The position numbers were made by a program, and so were the translations under genes. Shown one piece after another: positions 39,228 through 40,707 of a stretch of 40,707 nt of DNA. Where the stretch lies: the NCBI GenBank assembly GCA_964361325.1, contig CAYHZT010000002.1:1-40707 (forward strand). Reading direction: 5' to 3'. Source of the DNA: an uncultured Candidatus Saccharibacteria bacterium (GTDB taxonomy: Bacteria > Patescibacteriota > Minisyncoccia > UBA6257 > WO2-44-18). The number at the start of each line of letters is the position of its first letter. The stretch's first letter is position 1. The notes below the pieces were generated by a model. It saw nothing but the letters and a program-made list of their open reading frames with translations, ran no database searches and was not told the DNA's origin.

Positions 39228-40588
39228 TTCTGTTTTTTAATTTCTTCGTTAAGTTCTCGTATTCTATCCTTAATCATCGCGGCCCGATGATACTCTTCGG
39301 CTTTTGCCGCCAAATGCATCTGTTCTTCCAACGTAGTAATCATCTGCCGATATTCTTCTTTGGTAATAAAGAGATGTTCTTTTTCTTCTAAACGCTCCCG
39401 CACCTCCTCATCTTCTTGCCGGGAAATCGCATCCACCAAGCCGCTTCGCTGCCAATCTAAGGCGGTGTAAATAATGCCGCGGTACAATTCTTCGGCCTTA
39501 TTTTTTTCTTGAGCGGTGGAAGCGGCAGCTTCTAAAATAACTTGTTTGAGCTCATAAGCGCCGCGTTCAATCATTTCTAGACTCCACCACGGACGGGCAG
39601 AAGCCCACCAATACTGGTCGGAATGAAGAGCCGCGTCCAACAAGTTGCGGTTTTTTTCATTGACGGGCGCGCGATTACCCGCCGCGATAGCGATATCAGT
39701 CAATTCCCATTGTTTTTGCTGTATCGGGTTATCGCTCTTATTCCAACGAGAAAAAGGCGTATTATTTTTGATATCAGTTTTAGTAACCGCCCAAGTAGAC
39801 TCTCTTGGTTCGATTTCTTCCGTTTTAGTAAACTTGTTGAGTAAATCCCCGATTGCCACTGACTGTATTTTTTTCTCATTTAATAAATCGAAGAGAAGTA
39901 ATTCCAGACCGGGCCGATGATGCCCAAAAGTCTCGCCATCCATCGCAGTCACTACATATTCGCTTTTTTCCAAGCGCGGACCCAAATAACGCAACATAGT
40001 AGGAACGGTGCCGACTTGCGCAGATAAAATAGTAAAAGAAAGGTTTCTCTCTCTGAAAAAAACGGAGAAATTTTCCAAACCCTTTATTTTATATAAAGTG
40101 TCCGGCGAATATTTTTTGCCCGACGGAAAACCGAGCTCGTCAATAACTATCCATTTATAGCCAAGTCGCGCGGCAACCGCGGCTACTTTATAAGAATAAG
40201 CCATTTCAGGGCTGAAAAACCCTTGCTGGCCATTAGGAGAACGCCATAAATTTCCGAAATATTTATTAAGAATTGTTTCATTTAAAAGTATCTGCCGTTC
40301 AATTTCACTTTCCGGCAATAACGGCAAGAAAGCGTGAAACTTGGCGCTACCGGTTAATTCCAGCGAGCCGTTTTGCAAAAGTTTTTTGATGTTTTCCAAG
40401 ACATCCCCGCCACCATACTTGTCTAAAAGCTCGCATAAAATACCATTGATGTTAAGCGTCAATCGCGCATTTTTTATTTTTAAAATACCGGAGAATAGTT
40501 TGCGATAACATTCATCGGTTATTCTTTTGACCCAAATTTCTTTCTGGGTCGGCGGCTGATAAATGTGGAGAAAATTAGCCCAGTACAT
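39224..40588 (-). CDS. glycoside hydrolase family 57 protein with C-terminal UVR-like motif
   Basis: N-terminal FLHIYQPP and AMDGETFGHH (GH57-type). The C-terminal EEQMHLAAKAEEYHRAAMIKDRIRELN resembles the UvrB/UvrC (UVR) motif. ATGA overlap with the PLD gene. Confidence 0.75.
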   Translation of the reverse strand: MYWANFLHIYQPPTQKEIWVKRITDECYRKLFSGILKIKNARLTLNINGILCELLDKYGGGDVLENIKKLLQNGSLELTGSAKFHAFLPLLPESEIERQILLNETILNKYFGNLWRSPNGQQGFFSPEMAYSYKVAAVAARLGYKWIVIDELGFPSGKKYSPDTLYKIKGLENFSVFFRERNLSFTILSAQVGTVPTMLRYLGPRLEKSEYVVTAMDGETFGHHRPGLELLLFDLLNEKKIQSVAIGDLLNKFTKTEEIEPRESTWAVTKTDIKNNTPFSRWNKSDNPIQQKQWELTDIAIAAGNRAPVNEKNRNLLDAALHSDQYWWASARPWWSLEMIERGAYELKQVILEAAASTAQEKNKAEELYRGIIYTALDWQRSGLVDAISRQEDEEVRERLEEKEHLFITKEEYRQMITTLEEQMHLAAKAEEYHRAAMIKDRIRELNEEIKKQK

Positions 40589-40590
40589 TC

Positions 40591-40707
40591 TTACTTACTT
40601 TCAGAATCGTCGACAAATGATTTTGCTGTCAAAAACACTTTTACGTACTCATCCGCCGACTTTTTCCAAGAAAAACTTTTCGCGGCGGCCATCTCTTTGC
40701 GTGAAAT
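40591..40707 (-). CDS. C-terminal end of a glycosyltransferase (glycogen-synthase/GT4-5-like); 5' part is beyond the right edge
   Basis: My translation is ISRKEMAAAKSFSWKKSADEYVKVFLTAKSFVDDSESK-stop. The FSW...A..Y ending is typical of GT-B glycogen/sugar synthases. Only 38 codons are visible. Confidence 0.45.
   Translation of the reverse strand: MSRKEMAAAKSFSWKKSADEYVKVFLTAKSFVDDSESK

Overview
This is an AT-rich bacterial window (roughly 40% GC by eye, not computed) with very tight gene packing. I saw no rRNA, tRNA, CRISPR array, transposase or integrase. The gene content fits a Patescibacteria/CPR-type genome, but that is inference. Supporting it are RecA, FtsK, ClpB, a NifS/IscS-type desulfurase, GalU, YvcK and GH57, a giant surface protein with a signal peptide and a peptidoglycan-binding domain, and AT-rich mini-repeats sitting in-frame inside genes.

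Positions 1-18946 form one surface-glycan locus. At the left are a partial TagF-like gene and two methyltransferases. They are followed by 14 co-directional minus-strand genes with overlapping stops and starts (18946 down to 2705):
- four GT4 glycosyltransferase genes, one of them a GT4-GT4 fusion
- two more methyltransferases
- neuA, a Wzx-like flippase, a second TagF-like gene, neuB and neuC
- a CBS-pair protein, a NodB-type deacetylase and a B12-binding radical SAM enzyme

Directly upstream on the same strand lie a TPR membrane protein, a 1271-aa S-layer-like protein and a wHTH regulator. The right half is mostly housekeeping: galU, clpB, cysteine desulfurase, DUF458 plus a DEDD exonuclease, a split PMM/PGM, ftsK, a rodZ-like gene, recA, yvcK, a PLD/cardiolipin-synthase-like gene, GH57 and the end of a glycosyltransferase.

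The most unusual signal is a family of heptanucleotide-periodic, hairpin-associated mini-repeats that sit in-frame inside at least five genes: three of the four GT4 genes, the cysteine desulfurase and PMM/PGM. It includes two ~91-nt copies flanking the PLP-lysine of the desulfurase and perfect (TTTCCAA)3-4 tracts in glycosyltransferases. Other points of interest are the sialic-acid-type (neuC/neuB/neuA) pathway with heavy tailoring next to the S-layer-like gene, a 20-bp inverted repeat plus uORF masking the PMM start codon, and a PMM/PGM gene broken at an A6 run.
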